A stretch of DNA of 64,000 nucleotides from Bacteriovoracaceae bacterium (GCA_019752535.1 JAIEMA010000014.1:42036-106035), one strand, 5' to 3'; positions 53,347 to 62,562 are shown, counted from the first letter of the stretch. The notes: generated by a model from the sequence alone, not told the origin. Translations and numbers: made by a program.

Positions 53347-54849
53347 TTAATTCGTGGTGATATGAGATTGAGAGGGAGTGTTCTTGAAAAATTTTGCCGT
53401 TATTCTTACTCGCACTTCAAAATGCGAATCCAATAAGCAGATCAAAACATACAACAAATAAATAAAATTACGCTTTGATCGCAATCTTGAAATGACTTGA
53501 AAAACCCATTCTAGTGGAATGAGTGCCATGAAAGGAATAATCCACATCATGCCAAAGCCACGAAGCAAGTTTTTTTCAAGAGAGATGCCAACGAGAAAAA
53601 GAATAAGCACTGCTGATAAAAAATGTCCCATTCTCACTCTATCGAGTGTGAACTCTGCAAATTTTTTTCGAGTTGCAGGAGCGTATGCCAAAACAAGGAG
53701 AACTACCCCAACAAGAGCTAAAGCATAAAAAGATTTTCGCTTAATAAAATTAGCAAAAAATAAGTAAATCCCACTGAGTGACCAACCATGGCCAAAAATA
53801 TCTAAGTCAATGTGGTAAATGAAAACAAAAAAACAACCTATTAGACCAAGCGATGTGTATTTCAGAAACTGCTGTCGATACCAAACAGTCTTATCGTTCA
53901 TTTGCCACATCGTTAGCATCAAAAGACCCAGAGGAAAGAGCGGGAAAAAGTGGTAATTCAGCAAGGTTCCAAAGTAGCAAAGCATGCCATACATCAGCCC
54001 TGCTCGATAGGTTGCGCTCTTAGCAGACCACAACAATCCCCAAACCCAGACAATAGGAAAACAAGTTAACAAAACGCCAAACGGGTCTTTTTGCAAAAGC
54101 AATGTCCACGACCAAGAAGAAACTAAGGCAAAAATTCCTAAAATTGAAAGTCTTCTAGAAAAAAAGAATCTTAAGACTCCATAAAAACTCAGTAAATATA
54201 GAACCGCTCCCATCACGTAAAAGTGCATGCACCAAGCAACATACATGAGATGTGGAAATCGCTTAAATGGAAAATAATTTACAGAGAGAAAATTCCAATA
54301 TTGCTGTGAAACCTTCTCATCTGGATCAATTAATATTTTGAGAGAATCCAAATTATCAAAATAGGGAAAAAATGGAATAGAAACCAAAACCATAAGGATG
54401 GTTAAAAACAATACCGTCTTTTCAAAATTATCGAGGTATCTGTACTCGCCAAATTGAGTCGACACGGATTCTTCGATAATTTTTCCACGAGTAGGCCAGG
54501 AGTAGAACAGCCCGAGAAAAATCCAAAATCCCCAAAAGAAATGCTTGGTCCAACCATCGGGAAAGATCAGAACAAGATTGAAAAACATGACTGTGAAAGT
54601 GCTTCCTACGAGAAGTCGATAAACAATACGATCAATCGAGGAATTAGCCCTGAAGTAGATTTTGAAGCGATGATCGATCTCTTTGCCCAAGAGGTACCAT
54701 TGACTCGCTATAAAGAGCATATAGAGCATCATCAAAATGGCTTGTGAGAAAAGGTTCAACTCTAGGGTTTTTTGAATCCAGACAGGGATAAGCAAAAAAG
54801 AAAAGTAGATAACTACCCGATTAAAGAAGAACTTTGATTTTTCCAGCAA
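53347..54849 (-). CDS. Polytopic integral membrane protein (about 12-14 TM), function unknown
   Basis: 500-aa ORF, almost entirely hydrophobic helices rich in F/W/Y/L. TTG start at 54849 without an obvious SD, so the start is uncertain. Divergent from fliD. Confidence 0.6.
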   Translation of the reverse strand: MLEKSKFFFNRVVIYFSFLLIPVWIQKTLELNLFSQAILMMLYMLFIASQWYLLGKEIDHRFKIYFRANSSIDRIVYRLLVGSTFTVMFFNLVLIFPDGWTKHFFWGFWIFLGLFYSWPTRGKIIEESVSTQFGEYRYLDNFEKTVLFLTILMVLVSIPFFPYFDNLDSLKILIDPDEKVSQQYWNFLSVNYFPFKRFPHLMYVAWCMHFYVMGAVLYLLSFYGVLRFFFSRRLSILGIFALVSSWSWTLLLQKDPFGVLLTCFPIVWVWGLLWSAKSATYRAGLMYGMLCYFGTLLNYHFFPLFPLGLLMLTMWQMNDKTVWYRQQFLKYTSLGLIGCFFVFIYHIDLDIFGHGWSLSGIYLFFANFIKRKSFYALALVGVVLLVLAYAPATRKKFAEFTLDRVRMGHFLSAVLILFLVGISLEKNLLRGFGMMWIIPFMALIPLEWVFQVISRLRSKRNFIYLLYVLICLLDSHFEVRVRITAKFFKNTPSQSHITTN

Positions 54850-54867
54850 AATAGCTGAGTTTTTTAC

Positions 54868-54894
54868 TAAAGAAACCAGGGTAATCTCCGACTA
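54868..54894 (+). promoter_or_regulatory. Candidate sigma28 (FliA)-type promoter for fliD
   Basis: TAAAGaaa-N11-tCCGActA compared with the consensus TAAAGTTT-N11-GCCGATAA. 5/8 match in the -10 element. About 200 nt upstream of the fliD start. Confidence 0.3.
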
Positions 54895-55090
54895 GAACAG
54901 TGGGACTTTACTAAAAACAAAGTCTCACCCAAGACCTATTGAAATACGGGGGTGGAGTGTTCACCCATCCCCCTATTTCTCTTCTATGCTATCTAATTTC
55001 TGCCCACTTGCACACTGGCCAGAGAGATATAAAATAAAGATAGGGGCAGTAGGCCCATTTTCAGTTACCCCACGACATCAGGAGGATGAA

Positions 55091-56479
55091 TTGGGGATAT
55101 CCTTTGGCTCAATCAATTCAGGCCTTCCTAAAGATATCGTTCAGCAATTGGTGAACGCTGAGAAAATTCCTATCCAACAGATGGAAGCTCGCAAAGCTAA
55201 AATTTCAAACAAACAAGCCCTTGTCTCCCAACTCACTAAATTAGTCGAAAACATGAAGGGCGAAATTATTAAAAACAAGGGTGCCCGCTCATTAAGAGAG
55301 ATGAAGGTCAATGGTGGCGCAGACAATATAGCGATAACCGCAGATAAAAACATTGCTGAGCCTGGAAAGTATCAGCTTGAAGTTCTCTCCCTCGCACAAA
55401 AGTCTTCAGCTATATCAAACGGTGTTGAGGACAAAGATAAAACCTACATTGGTGTCGGCTACATTCGTGCCGTTATGCCTGATGGAGAAGAAAAAGAAAT
55501 CTACATCGATGAAGAGCATGCAAGCCTTACAGGTGTTGCCAAACTCATCAATGAGCAATCTGATACATTAGGCATGAGGGCCAATGTTATTAATGATGGC
55601 TCAGGATCTGATGAACCATGGAAGATGGTTCTCTCAATGAGTGACACTGGGGATGGAGCTAAGGCTGAGTTCCCTTACTTATATCTTGTAGATGGTGAAG
55701 TAGACATTTTTCTTGAAGGAGAACGTCCAGCTCAAGATGCAAAAATCAAATTAGATGGATTTGAAATTGAAGTTCCATCGAATAAAGTAACTGATCTTAT
55801 TCCAGGCGTAACAATTGATCTTAAGAAAGCTAAGCCCGGTGAAGAAATCAGTTTTGAAGTGACTGAAGATATTCAAGCTATTGGCGGAAAGATGACGTCA
55901 TTAGTAGATAACATCAATGCCGTTTTAAAATTTATCAAAGAACAGAATACATTAAGTGAAAAGTCAGATACCTCACAAACGTTGGGTGGAGATCTTACAC
56001 TTCAAACCATTGAATCACGTCTTCGTTCGACCATTTTTACGCCGATAATGACAGATAAAGGGCCAATGAGAATTGGTGATCTGGGTATTACTTATCAACG
56101 TGAAGGCTTCTTAAAATTTGATCAAGCCAAATTCGAATCAGTCTTAGCCGGTGATTACAAGAGAGTGGCCCAAGTTCTTAATGGTATCTATGGGCCAGAG
56201 GGCAAGACAGACGGTTTCATTGATAAACTAGAGCAGACCGCTCAACAACTTTTACAGCAGCCCAATGGCGCACTCGTCACAAGGCAGAGAGGCCTTAAGA
56301 GCAATATTGACCAAATTGATCGTCAAATTGCGACTCGCCAAAGAATGATTGATCAAAAAGAAGAAATACTTAAGCAGCGTTTCGCAAGATTGGAAGAAAC
56401 AATATCAAAGATTCAGGGTCAGGGTGCAGGACTTGCCGGGTTAGCGCAGATGGGTAATCCAGTGACACAATTAGGTTGA
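55091..56479 (+). CDS. fliD: Flagellar filament cap protein FliD (HAP2)
   Basis: In-frame TTG 55091 with GGAGGA 5 nt upstream gives LGISFGSINSGLPKDIVQQLVNAEKIPIQQMEARKAKISNKQALVSQL, the canonical FliD N-terminus. C-terminal coiled coil ...IDRQIATRQRMIDQKEEILKQRFARLEETISKIQ. The ORF-track extension to 54986 is not FliD-like. Confidence 0.85.
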   Translation: MGISFGSINSGLPKDIVQQLVNAEKIPIQQMEARKAKISNKQALVSQLTKLVENMKGEIIKNKGARSLREMKVNGGADNIAITADKNIAEPGKYQLEVLSLAQKSSAISNGVEDKDKTYIGVGYIRAVMPDGEEKEIYIDEEHASLTGVAKLINEQSDTLGMRANVINDGSGSDEPWKMVLSMSDTGDGAKAEFPYLYLVDGEVDIFLEGERPAQDAKIKLDGFEIEVPSNKVTDLIPGVTIDLKKAKPGEEISFEVTEDIQAIGGKMTSLVDNINAVLKFIKEQNTLSEKSDTSQTLGGDLTLQTIESRLRSTIFTPIMTDKGPMRIGDLGITYQREGFLKFDQAKFESVLAGDYKRVAQVLNGIYGPEGKTDGFIDKLEQTAQQLLQQPNGALVTRQRGLKSNIDQIDRQIATRQRMIDQKEEILKQRFARLEETISKIQGQGAGLAGLAQMGNPVTQLG

Positions 56480-56511
56480 TCCCTCAAGTAGGGGCATCAT
56501 AGGAGAAAAGC

Positions 56512-56919
56512 ATGAGTTACGGATTGGGTCAGTATAAAAAAACTTCAGTTGAAACTGCCAGCAGAGAGCAGATTCTTCTTATGCTTTATCAAGCAGCGAT
56601 TAAAAACTGCAAAAAAGCCATCGAGGCCATTGATCAAAAAAACATCGCCAAGAAAGGCGAGTACATTGGAAAAATGCAGGACATTATTGTCGAACTTTCA
56701 AACAGTCTAGATTTTGAAGTCGGTGGTGACGTGGCTAAAGAGCTTGATTCTCTCTATGACTACCTTATGTTCTCGAGCACACAAGCCAATATAAAAATTG
56801 AAAAACAACCCTTAGAGGCATGCCTCAAAGTATTAAACACACTTTATGATGGTTGGACAGAAGCAATCAAGAGCCTCAAGACAAATCCACAACAACAACA
56901 AAAAGCTGCCAATGAGTGA
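56512..56919 (+). CDS. fliS: Flagellar export chaperone FliS
   Basis: 135 aa. YKKTSVETASREQILLMLYQAAIKNCKKA...IGKMQDIIVELSNSLDFEVGGDVAKELDSLYDYL is a typical FliS four-helix bundle sequence. Confidence 0.9.
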   Translation: MSYGLGQYKKTSVETASREQILLMLYQAAIKNCKKAIEAIDQKNIAKKGEYIGKMQDIIVELSNSLDFEVGGDVAKELDSLYDYLMFSSTQANIKIEKQPLEACLKVLNTLYDGWTEAIKSLKTNPQQQQKAANE

Positions 56920-57232
56920 AAAGAAAATCGAGACCAGCCATTTAACATGGCGGGTTCTACGCTTAACTGAAAAAGCGATAACTCTTCTTGAATCTGGCAG
57001 GGTTGATGATGCTATCGCTGTTGTTGACAATAGAGAGAGGGCCCTCAATTTGTTGGCCACTCGAGCTGATATTACAGTCGCAGATGTGACGATCCTAAAC
57101 GAAATAGACAAGCTCAATGAAATTCTTCTCAGCAAGTTCATTGAATCTAAAGAACAAACTCAGAAGGATATCGCTTCAACTCATAAAAATGGTACCGCCC
57201 ACCGCTCGTATCAGTCCAATCAAGTCAAGTAA
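56912..57232 (+). CDS. Small helical protein in the fliT position (putative flagellar chaperone)
   Basis: 106 aa from ATG 56912, overlapping the fliS stop by 8 nt. MSEKKIETSHLTWRVLRLTEKAITLLESGRVDDAIAVVDNRERALNLL... Assignment rests on position and helical character only. Confidence 0.4.
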   Translation: MSEKKIETSHLTWRVLRLTEKAITLLESGRVDDAIAVVDNRERALNLLATRADITVADVTILNEIDKLNEILLSKFIESKEQTQKDIASTHKNGTAHRSYQSNQVK

Positions 57233-57313
57233 TCTCGTCGAATGTTTGACAGGGGGGTAACCCCCGTGAGGAAATAAGAGGACCAACTCAAATCCTTAAG
57301 GAAGAGGATTTCC

Positions 57314-57922
57314 ATGGATTCTACCTCTAATTTCTTGCGTCTAACTGAAGCTAAAACCAAAGAGCTTGTTCCCGTTTTAAATGGGCTCCCCCTGCATTCA
57401 CTTCACAATCCTCGCAGAGAAGCCGAAGTTTTTGCCAACAATCATTTAGCCCAGCTCTCAAAAACACCAAACGTGCTCATCTTGGGCTTAGGTTTCGCCT
57501 ATCACATTGAAGAAATGATCAAAGTGATTCAGCTTAGACACAAGGACTATCAGATAGGCGTAATTGAACCTCATAAGGAAGTTTTTCGCCTTTGGGAATC
57601 TTATCAAAAAAAGAGCAAGGGAATTGAAATCTATTGCTCGAAGAATGTTGATGAACTTTATGATAACGAAGATCTTTGTCGTTTTTTATTAAAAAAGCCT
57701 GTCGTCATCATCCATCAACCCTCATATGACTCTTCAAAAGAATTTTTTAAAAATTTTTTATGCAGGAAGGCTTCACAAAACATTGAAGATTTAAAAATCA
57801 ATCAAACTTGGTGGGACGAATGGTTGGCCACTCAGCCAAACACACCTCAAGCGTTACTTGAATCAAGCTCGCCAACATCTAATTGGTATAAGGCATTTTG
57901 GGAGCTGAAACATGCTGAATAA
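57314..57922 (+). CDS. Hypothetical protein resembling the N-terminal module of Maf (motility-associated factor/DUF115) proteins
   Basis: 202 aa. ...NGLPLHSLHNPRREAEVFANNHL...PNVLILGLGFAYHIEEMIKV follows the pattern (LHS.y.P..EAe ... vvv.G.GlGYhi) that I associate with Maf N-termini. The central MptE-like domain is absent. Confidence 0.5.
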   Translation: MDSTSNFLRLTEAKTKELVPVLNGLPLHSLHNPRREAEVFANNHLAQLSKTPNVLILGLGFAYHIEEMIKVIQLRHKDYQIGVIEPHKEVFRLWESYQKKSKGIEIYCSKNVDELYDNEDLCRFLLKKPVVIIHQPSYDSSKEFFKNFLCRKASQNIEDLKINQTWWDEWLATQPNTPQALLESSSPTSNWYKAFWELKHAE

Positions 57923-59183
57923 TGTAAAAAATCTTCACATCGTACTCAATAAAGATGCTGCAGAAATAATGGCAGACATTGATCCATTACTATTAAAGGT
58001 GAAGTATCCTGGTGAGCACACCGCTATTATTAGAGAAGAATATCTAGATGAAATGAAGGGGCTTAATCTCTTTCATGAAATCATCACTCTCGATGTTAAC
58101 TTTCTACAAAGATGTTCTTTTTCACCTTTACTTGGCGATGCTTCAGCATTCAAGTTTATGTGCCAAAAACTCAAGCCACTTACCAATGAAAAGTGGTCGA
58201 GGATTTTTAACATTAAGAGCTGCCCACTGAATTCGTCCTTCTCTACATTGTTTACAGCTAACACTCGAATTGGAGCCTATAGCAATGAAGGAAAATTCGT
58301 TTGTCATGAATCCCCTCTAAAGCTGAATTTAATTTCATCAAATTGGGGCATGGAGAACTCCTACCTGAGAAAGGTTTTAAATCAAAAATCTCTTCATCAA
58401 TTGGATATGGATAAAATCGAGAAAGAGATTTCACGAATTGCAGACCTTAAGACAAAAACGAATGATAAATTCATGAAGGGTGCGGTTGTTGCCGTTAATA
58501 TTAGTGAATGCAGTGAGAGTGTTTTAAACAATTTGAAATTCATGAATCAATTGTTTTCTCTTGTTCCAATGAACGAATTCTCTAAAATGACACTTGAATC
58601 CTTTGTAAACGTGGCCAATCCGATTGTCGACTCGATTAACCCTTTTTATTTTGACCTTGTTGTTAACAATCAAAGCAGAAAAAATTATTTTCTTAATAAC
58701 GAAATCAATATTGAAGGGCAAACGACAGAGGAGCTCACTGAAGTCATCTCAGAGATTCTTCCTAGCAATTTTACAAAGTGGTCTACTCTTTCATTCTTAT
58801 TTGATTACTTAGGAAATCCAAAACTCGCCCTCTCATGTGAGAAAATATTTACTAAATACGACAAAAAATCTGTCCAACCATTTTTATACAACGAAATCTT
58901 GCAACTCAAAGAATTTGCTAAAATTCTTCTTGAGGGCATCAGAAGAAATGTTAAGGGAGATATTTCATATCTCGAAAACTATTGGGCAACAAAACCCAGT
59001 ACTTTGAGTTATGTCAGCTGCATTGAGCTTTCAATGAAATCTCCAATCAAGCCTCTTTTGTCAGGTGAATCAGATTTACTTGCAATTAAGTTACGCATGA
59101 AGAATTTGAATTATTTTTATGAAAGAGTTTATCGAGCCTGCACAATCGATATACCAAAATCAGATCTGGCACTGACACTATGA
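57912..59183 (+). CDS. Hypothetical protein, degenerate GT-B/heptosyltransferase (GT9)-like N-domain plus helical C-domain
   Basis: 423 aa, overlapping the previous gene by 11 nt. NLHIVLNKDAAEIMADIDPLLLKVKYPGEHTAIIREEYLDEM...WSRIFNIKSCPLNSSFSTLFTANTRIGAY is co-linear with the GT9 N-terminal Rossmann pattern, but conserved motifs are degenerate. Confidence 0.5.
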   Translation: MLNNVKNLHIVLNKDAAEIMADIDPLLLKVKYPGEHTAIIREEYLDEMKGLNLFHEIITLDVNFLQRCSFSPLLGDASAFKFMCQKLKPLTNEKWSRIFNIKSCPLNSSFSTLFTANTRIGAYSNEGKFVCHESPLKLNLISSNWGMENSYLRKVLNQKSLHQLDMDKIEKEISRIADLKTKTNDKFMKGAVVAVNISECSESVLNNLKFMNQLFSLVPMNEFSKMTLESFVNVANPIVDSINPFYFDLVVNNQSRKNYFLNNEINIEGQTTEELTEVISEILPSNFTKWSTLSFLFDYLGNPKLALSCEKIFTKYDKKSVQPFLYNEILQLKEFAKILLEGIRRNVKGDISYLENYWATKPSTLSYVSCIELSMKSPIKPLLSGESDLLAIKLRMKNLNYFYERVYRACTIDIPKSDLALTL

Positions 59184-60511
59184 GCCTTAAAGTTTTATTC
59201 GTTTCACCAGACCACCAAAAACTGTTTGTAGATTTATCTATAAGTAGTGTTTTTGTAAAAAGCGAACATCCTCAACTGACAATTGATGTATATATCGACG
59301 TTGATCATGTTCCTTCTTGGTGGGTAAAACCAGGGGAGTGGTTTCAACTTATTCACTCATTGGATGAATGTTCAGAAAAGTATGATCTGATCATTCAAGC
59401 TGCTCCAAGTGAAGAAATGGCAAAAGCTCTTCTAAGTATTCAGTGCGAAAACCGCGCCGGTGTTTCCATTGTCCCTAATCTTCACGTTCAGGGACGATGG
59501 GCACAAACTCTTCTCTCCCAGATGGGGAGCAGAAGATTTGCACCATTTACTCCCTATGATCTTTTCAACCATGTTCTTCTGGGACGAACGACTCTTGATC
59601 TCAAAGAGAAAAAGATAAACACTACAGGGAGCTGGATTGTTGACCTCGATTCACTGCCTCAAAAATCAAGGAATTGGGGCGAGAAGCTCATTGCACACCT
59701 CTCAAGTCTTTACCCTAATCGAGTTTTAGATAAAATTCCGCCCACACCAACGAGTACCCCTATCTTTGGCTATGTTGGATCCAATACTTGCTATGCCAGC
59801 TGGATCTCAAGCCACGGATCTCATGTTGCGCTCATTATCGATGGGCCCCTTGAACCTCTGAGTGCGCCGGCCAACAGCAATTCATGGATAATGCCTCAAG
59901 ATAGCCTTTTGGATGTTTCAAAAATTCACAGCCTTTTTGCTTCTAGTGATCTGAACTTTCAAGGAGCCTATCGCTTAACGAATGAGTATTTAGGCGGACA
60001 GATACTAGACACCAAGAACGTAATCAATGATTCTGAATTTATTTTCGAAAAACTCCACTACGTAGTTTTTAATTACTTAAACGATCTTCTTGAAATTGAT
60101 ATTCCTATTCCTGAAATCACTGCCGCTTGCTGCTTAAAGATCAAGGGAATCAGATCTGTTTTTGATAAAATCAGCCATCTTAATTTGTTTGGGATTAAAT
60201 TCCTACAGGAATTTATAGATAAAACAAATGGCATCAACCCCAAGAGTGCAGACGTTAATGAGATCATTGAAAAGATCCATGAGATTGATCAACTAACAAT
60301 TAAAACGATGTCAGTCTACAGGGAAATGGACCTGCTCAGAAACTGGATTTATTACTCTAAAGCCGGAGCACGGGGTGATAATATATATGAAATCTCAAAG
60401 AGTTTGATTCTCATTTTTAATGAAATCAATCAGGCGCTTGGCGCCTATAGTGAATTAATTGATACAATTGTAAAAAAACATTCGAAAGAAGAAAACACTG
60501 TTGGTCCATGA
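59180..60511 (+). CDS. Hypothetical protein, second degenerate GT9-like domain plus helical C-domain
   Basis: 443 aa, ATGA overlap with the previous gene. LKVLFVSPDHQKLFVDLSISSVFVKSEHPQLTIDVYIDVDHVPSWW...YDLIIQAAPSEEMAKALLSIQCENRAGV parallels the WaaC/WaaF-type N-domain layout. Confidence 0.5.
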   Translation: MSLKVLFVSPDHQKLFVDLSISSVFVKSEHPQLTIDVYIDVDHVPSWWVKPGEWFQLIHSLDECSEKYDLIIQAAPSEEMAKALLSIQCENRAGVSIVPNLHVQGRWAQTLLSQMGSRRFAPFTPYDLFNHVLLGRTTLDLKEKKINTTGSWIVDLDSLPQKSRNWGEKLIAHLSSLYPNRVLDKIPPTPTSTPIFGYVGSNTCYASWISSHGSHVALIIDGPLEPLSAPANSNSWIMPQDSLLDVSKIHSLFASSDLNFQGAYRLTNEYLGGQILDTKNVINDSEFIFEKLHYVVFNYLNDLLEIDIPIPEITAACCLKIKGIRSVFDKISHLNLFGIKFLQEFIDKTNGINPKSADVNEIIEKIHEIDQLTIKTMSVYREMDLLRNWIYYSKAGARGDNIYEISKSLILIFNEINQALGAYSELIDTIVKKHSKEENTVGP

Positions 60512-60529
60512 TGGACCTAAGGATGAGTT

Positions 60530-60964
60530 ATGGATAAAACACTACATATTCAACAAGCAGAAATGAATTCTCTTATTTTCAATACACTTTTTGAGACAGT
60601 CACAGATTTAGGTAAGAAAGTAGACTCAATGCGATTGCTAAGTCCTATGTCTATGACAGATGGAGCAGTTATTGGATTAATTGATGACACCCGAAAGTTT
60701 GTAGTTTTTTTAAAATACGCTAATGAGTATATGCAGAAAACGATTGGGAGAAGCTCAATTCAAGAGGAAATGCTGCGCATTAAGCTACATCTTCTTTCTG
60801 TTTTAAGGGCCTTGTCTGATTATGTAAAACTAAACGATAAGCTCGCAATCCATGACTTGATCACTGAAGAGCTGCGGGATAATCTTACAATGTGGAAAAT
60901 CAACGTCATACCCTTACTGAGAATTCAGAGAAACGACCACTTGTCTGGATTGAACCCACTCTAA
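60530..60964 (+). CDS. Hypothetical small helical protein
   Basis: 144-aa ORF with AAGGA-type SD upstream. No TM and no recognisable motif. Confidence 0.45.
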   Translation: MDKTLHIQQAEMNSLIFNTLFETVTDLGKKVDSMRLLSPMSMTDGAVIGLIDDTRKFVVFLKYANEYMQKTIGRSSIQEEMLRIKLHLLSVLRALSDYVKLNDKLAIHDLITEELRDNLTMWKINVIPLLRIQRNDHLSGLNPL

Positions 60965-62562
60965 TTGAATTCATTCCACTAGAAGATCAAAAAAACTTCA
61001 CGAACCCAAAAAAAGAATCATCCTCTTGGAGAATCGAGGTCGAGCAAGATCAAATAGTCTTGTATGATCGGCGCAGACCTCATCTCAAATTACCCAAAGT
61101 AGGATCGAATCTTAGGCTAATGACTGATTCAATCGCCTCAACACATCAAGAAATTACTTCAACCTCCGATTATTGGGAGGATCGACTCTTAGTAGACCAT
61201 GCGAATTTGGCCTCTGAATTATTTAGGGAAAACACTAAAGAAAATGACTTAGACATTTTTTTTAATTTAATGTCCTCAACAATTAGTCTAAAAAGTGGCC
61301 TTGAATCATTTTTCAAAATAAAGAGATTCAAAGAGTTTAAGGTTGGGGAGCTGCTTGTACATCAGAAAGGGGAGTCGCAAGCATGGCAGATTGCATCGGG
61401 AGCCACATCGGAAGAACATACGCATTCACTTAATCTGGATTTATTTAATTCCCTTTATACAGCTGTAAAAAAATCTAAGAGCGGTCAATTTACGACCAGT
61501 CAATCAAAATGGAACTGGCTCCCTTTCGGTGGAAGCTTTATAGCTGAAACTTTTAGTTTTAGAAGATTTAATGCTATCTGGATTATTTCAAGAGAAGAAT
61601 TTCTCCCCTGTAGCCCTGAAGAAATTAATCAATTCAAATCATTGGCCATGCTCTGTAGTCACTGGCTTGAAAGTCTTGTTGAGCTGGAATTTAGTGACCT
61701 TAGGCTAGCGGAGATCATGTGGGTTCTGGAAAGATGTCCGCTGCCCATCATTCTTCAAGACGCAAACGGAAATTCTGTTTTCAGCAATGCCGCCTACCCC
61801 AAGGACGGCATCATAGAGAGTCTTACATGGATTAACCTTGGAAAAAATTATGAATTAGGGCTTGGGCAGAGAGATGATTGGGATACAACTCAAATAGATG
61901 TATTTCATAAGCACAAGATTGCACTATTAGGAGATCTTTTTAATACATTGAGACACGAACTTTCAAATCCACTCTTTGGTTTGGGTTTAGCATGTGACTT
62001 ATTACTTTTAGCTGATGGACCCGAAGACTCAAAAATTATGCTACTTGAAATTAAGAAGAATATTCAGAGATCACAGCAAATCATTCAAAATCTCTCAAAA
62101 CTTTATTCTACTGATGAGTCGACCAATGTGTGCAATCTTGAAAATGTGATCAATGAAGCACTTACTTTAGCTAAATCTGAACTCAGACAAATCAAGAAGA
62201 CTGTTCAGATTCATAGAAATCAGACTGTAGAAATAAAACCATTATTACTCATACAAATCCTATTTAACCTACTCATCAACAGTGCCCAGGCCATGCATGA
62301 GCAAAAATCTAATGGCGAGATCTCTATTACAACTACCGAAGATGCTGAAAATGTATTTATAAGATTTGAAGATAATGGACCCGGGCTACCCCAGTTGATC
62401 AAGGAAAATATTTTTCGACCGTTTCATACAACAAAAAACCAAGGCAACGGACTTGGTTTGGCATTATCAAGAGATCTTGCGATAAAAAATGGGGGCGACC
62501 TCAGCTTTATTGATCAAGCTCATGGAGCTGCCTTTTTATTGACTCTAAAGAAGGCACAATGA
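60892..62562 (+). CDS. Soluble sensor histidine kinase (unknown N-terminal sensor, HisKA, HATPase_c)
   Basis: H-box FNTLRHELSNPLFGL, N-box LINSAQAM, G1 DNGPGL, G2 GNGLGLALS. No TM segments. The ORF-track start is GTG 60892 (73-nt overlap with the upstream ORF); TTG 61060 and ATG 61120 are alternatives. Confidence 0.85.
   Translation: MENQRHTLTENSEKRPLVWIEPTLIEFIPLEDQKNFTNPKKESSSWRIEVEQDQIVLYDRRRPHLKLPKVGSNLRLMTDSIASTHQEITSTSDYWEDRLLVDHANLASELFRENTKENDLDIFFNLMSSTISLKSGLESFFKIKRFKEFKVGELLVHQKGESQAWQIASGATSEEHTHSLNLDLFNSLYTAVKKSKSGQFTTSQSKWNWLPFGGSFIAETFSFRRFNAIWIISREEFLPCSPEEINQFKSLAMLCSHWLESLVELEFSDLRLAEIMWVLERCPLPIILQDANGNSVFSNAAYPKDGIIESLTWINLGKNYELGLGQRDDWDTTQIDVFHKHKIALLGDLFNTLRHELSNPLFGLGLACDLLLLADGPEDSKIMLLEIKKNIQRSQQIIQNLSKLYSTDESTNVCNLENVINEALTLAKSELRQIKKTVQIHRNQTVEIKPLLLIQILFNLLINSAQAMHEQKSNGEISITTTEDAENVFIRFEDNGPGLPQLIKENIFRPFHTTKNQGNGLGLALSRDLAIKNGGDLSFIDQAHGAAFLLTLKKAQ

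Noticed and set aside
60892-60964. Programmed -1 frameshift joining the 144-aa ORF to the histidine kinase
   Set aside because: The frames differ by -1, but there is no X XXY YYZ slippery heptamer or downstream structure in the 73-nt overlap. A simple over-extended GTG start, or genuine overlap, is more parsimonious.
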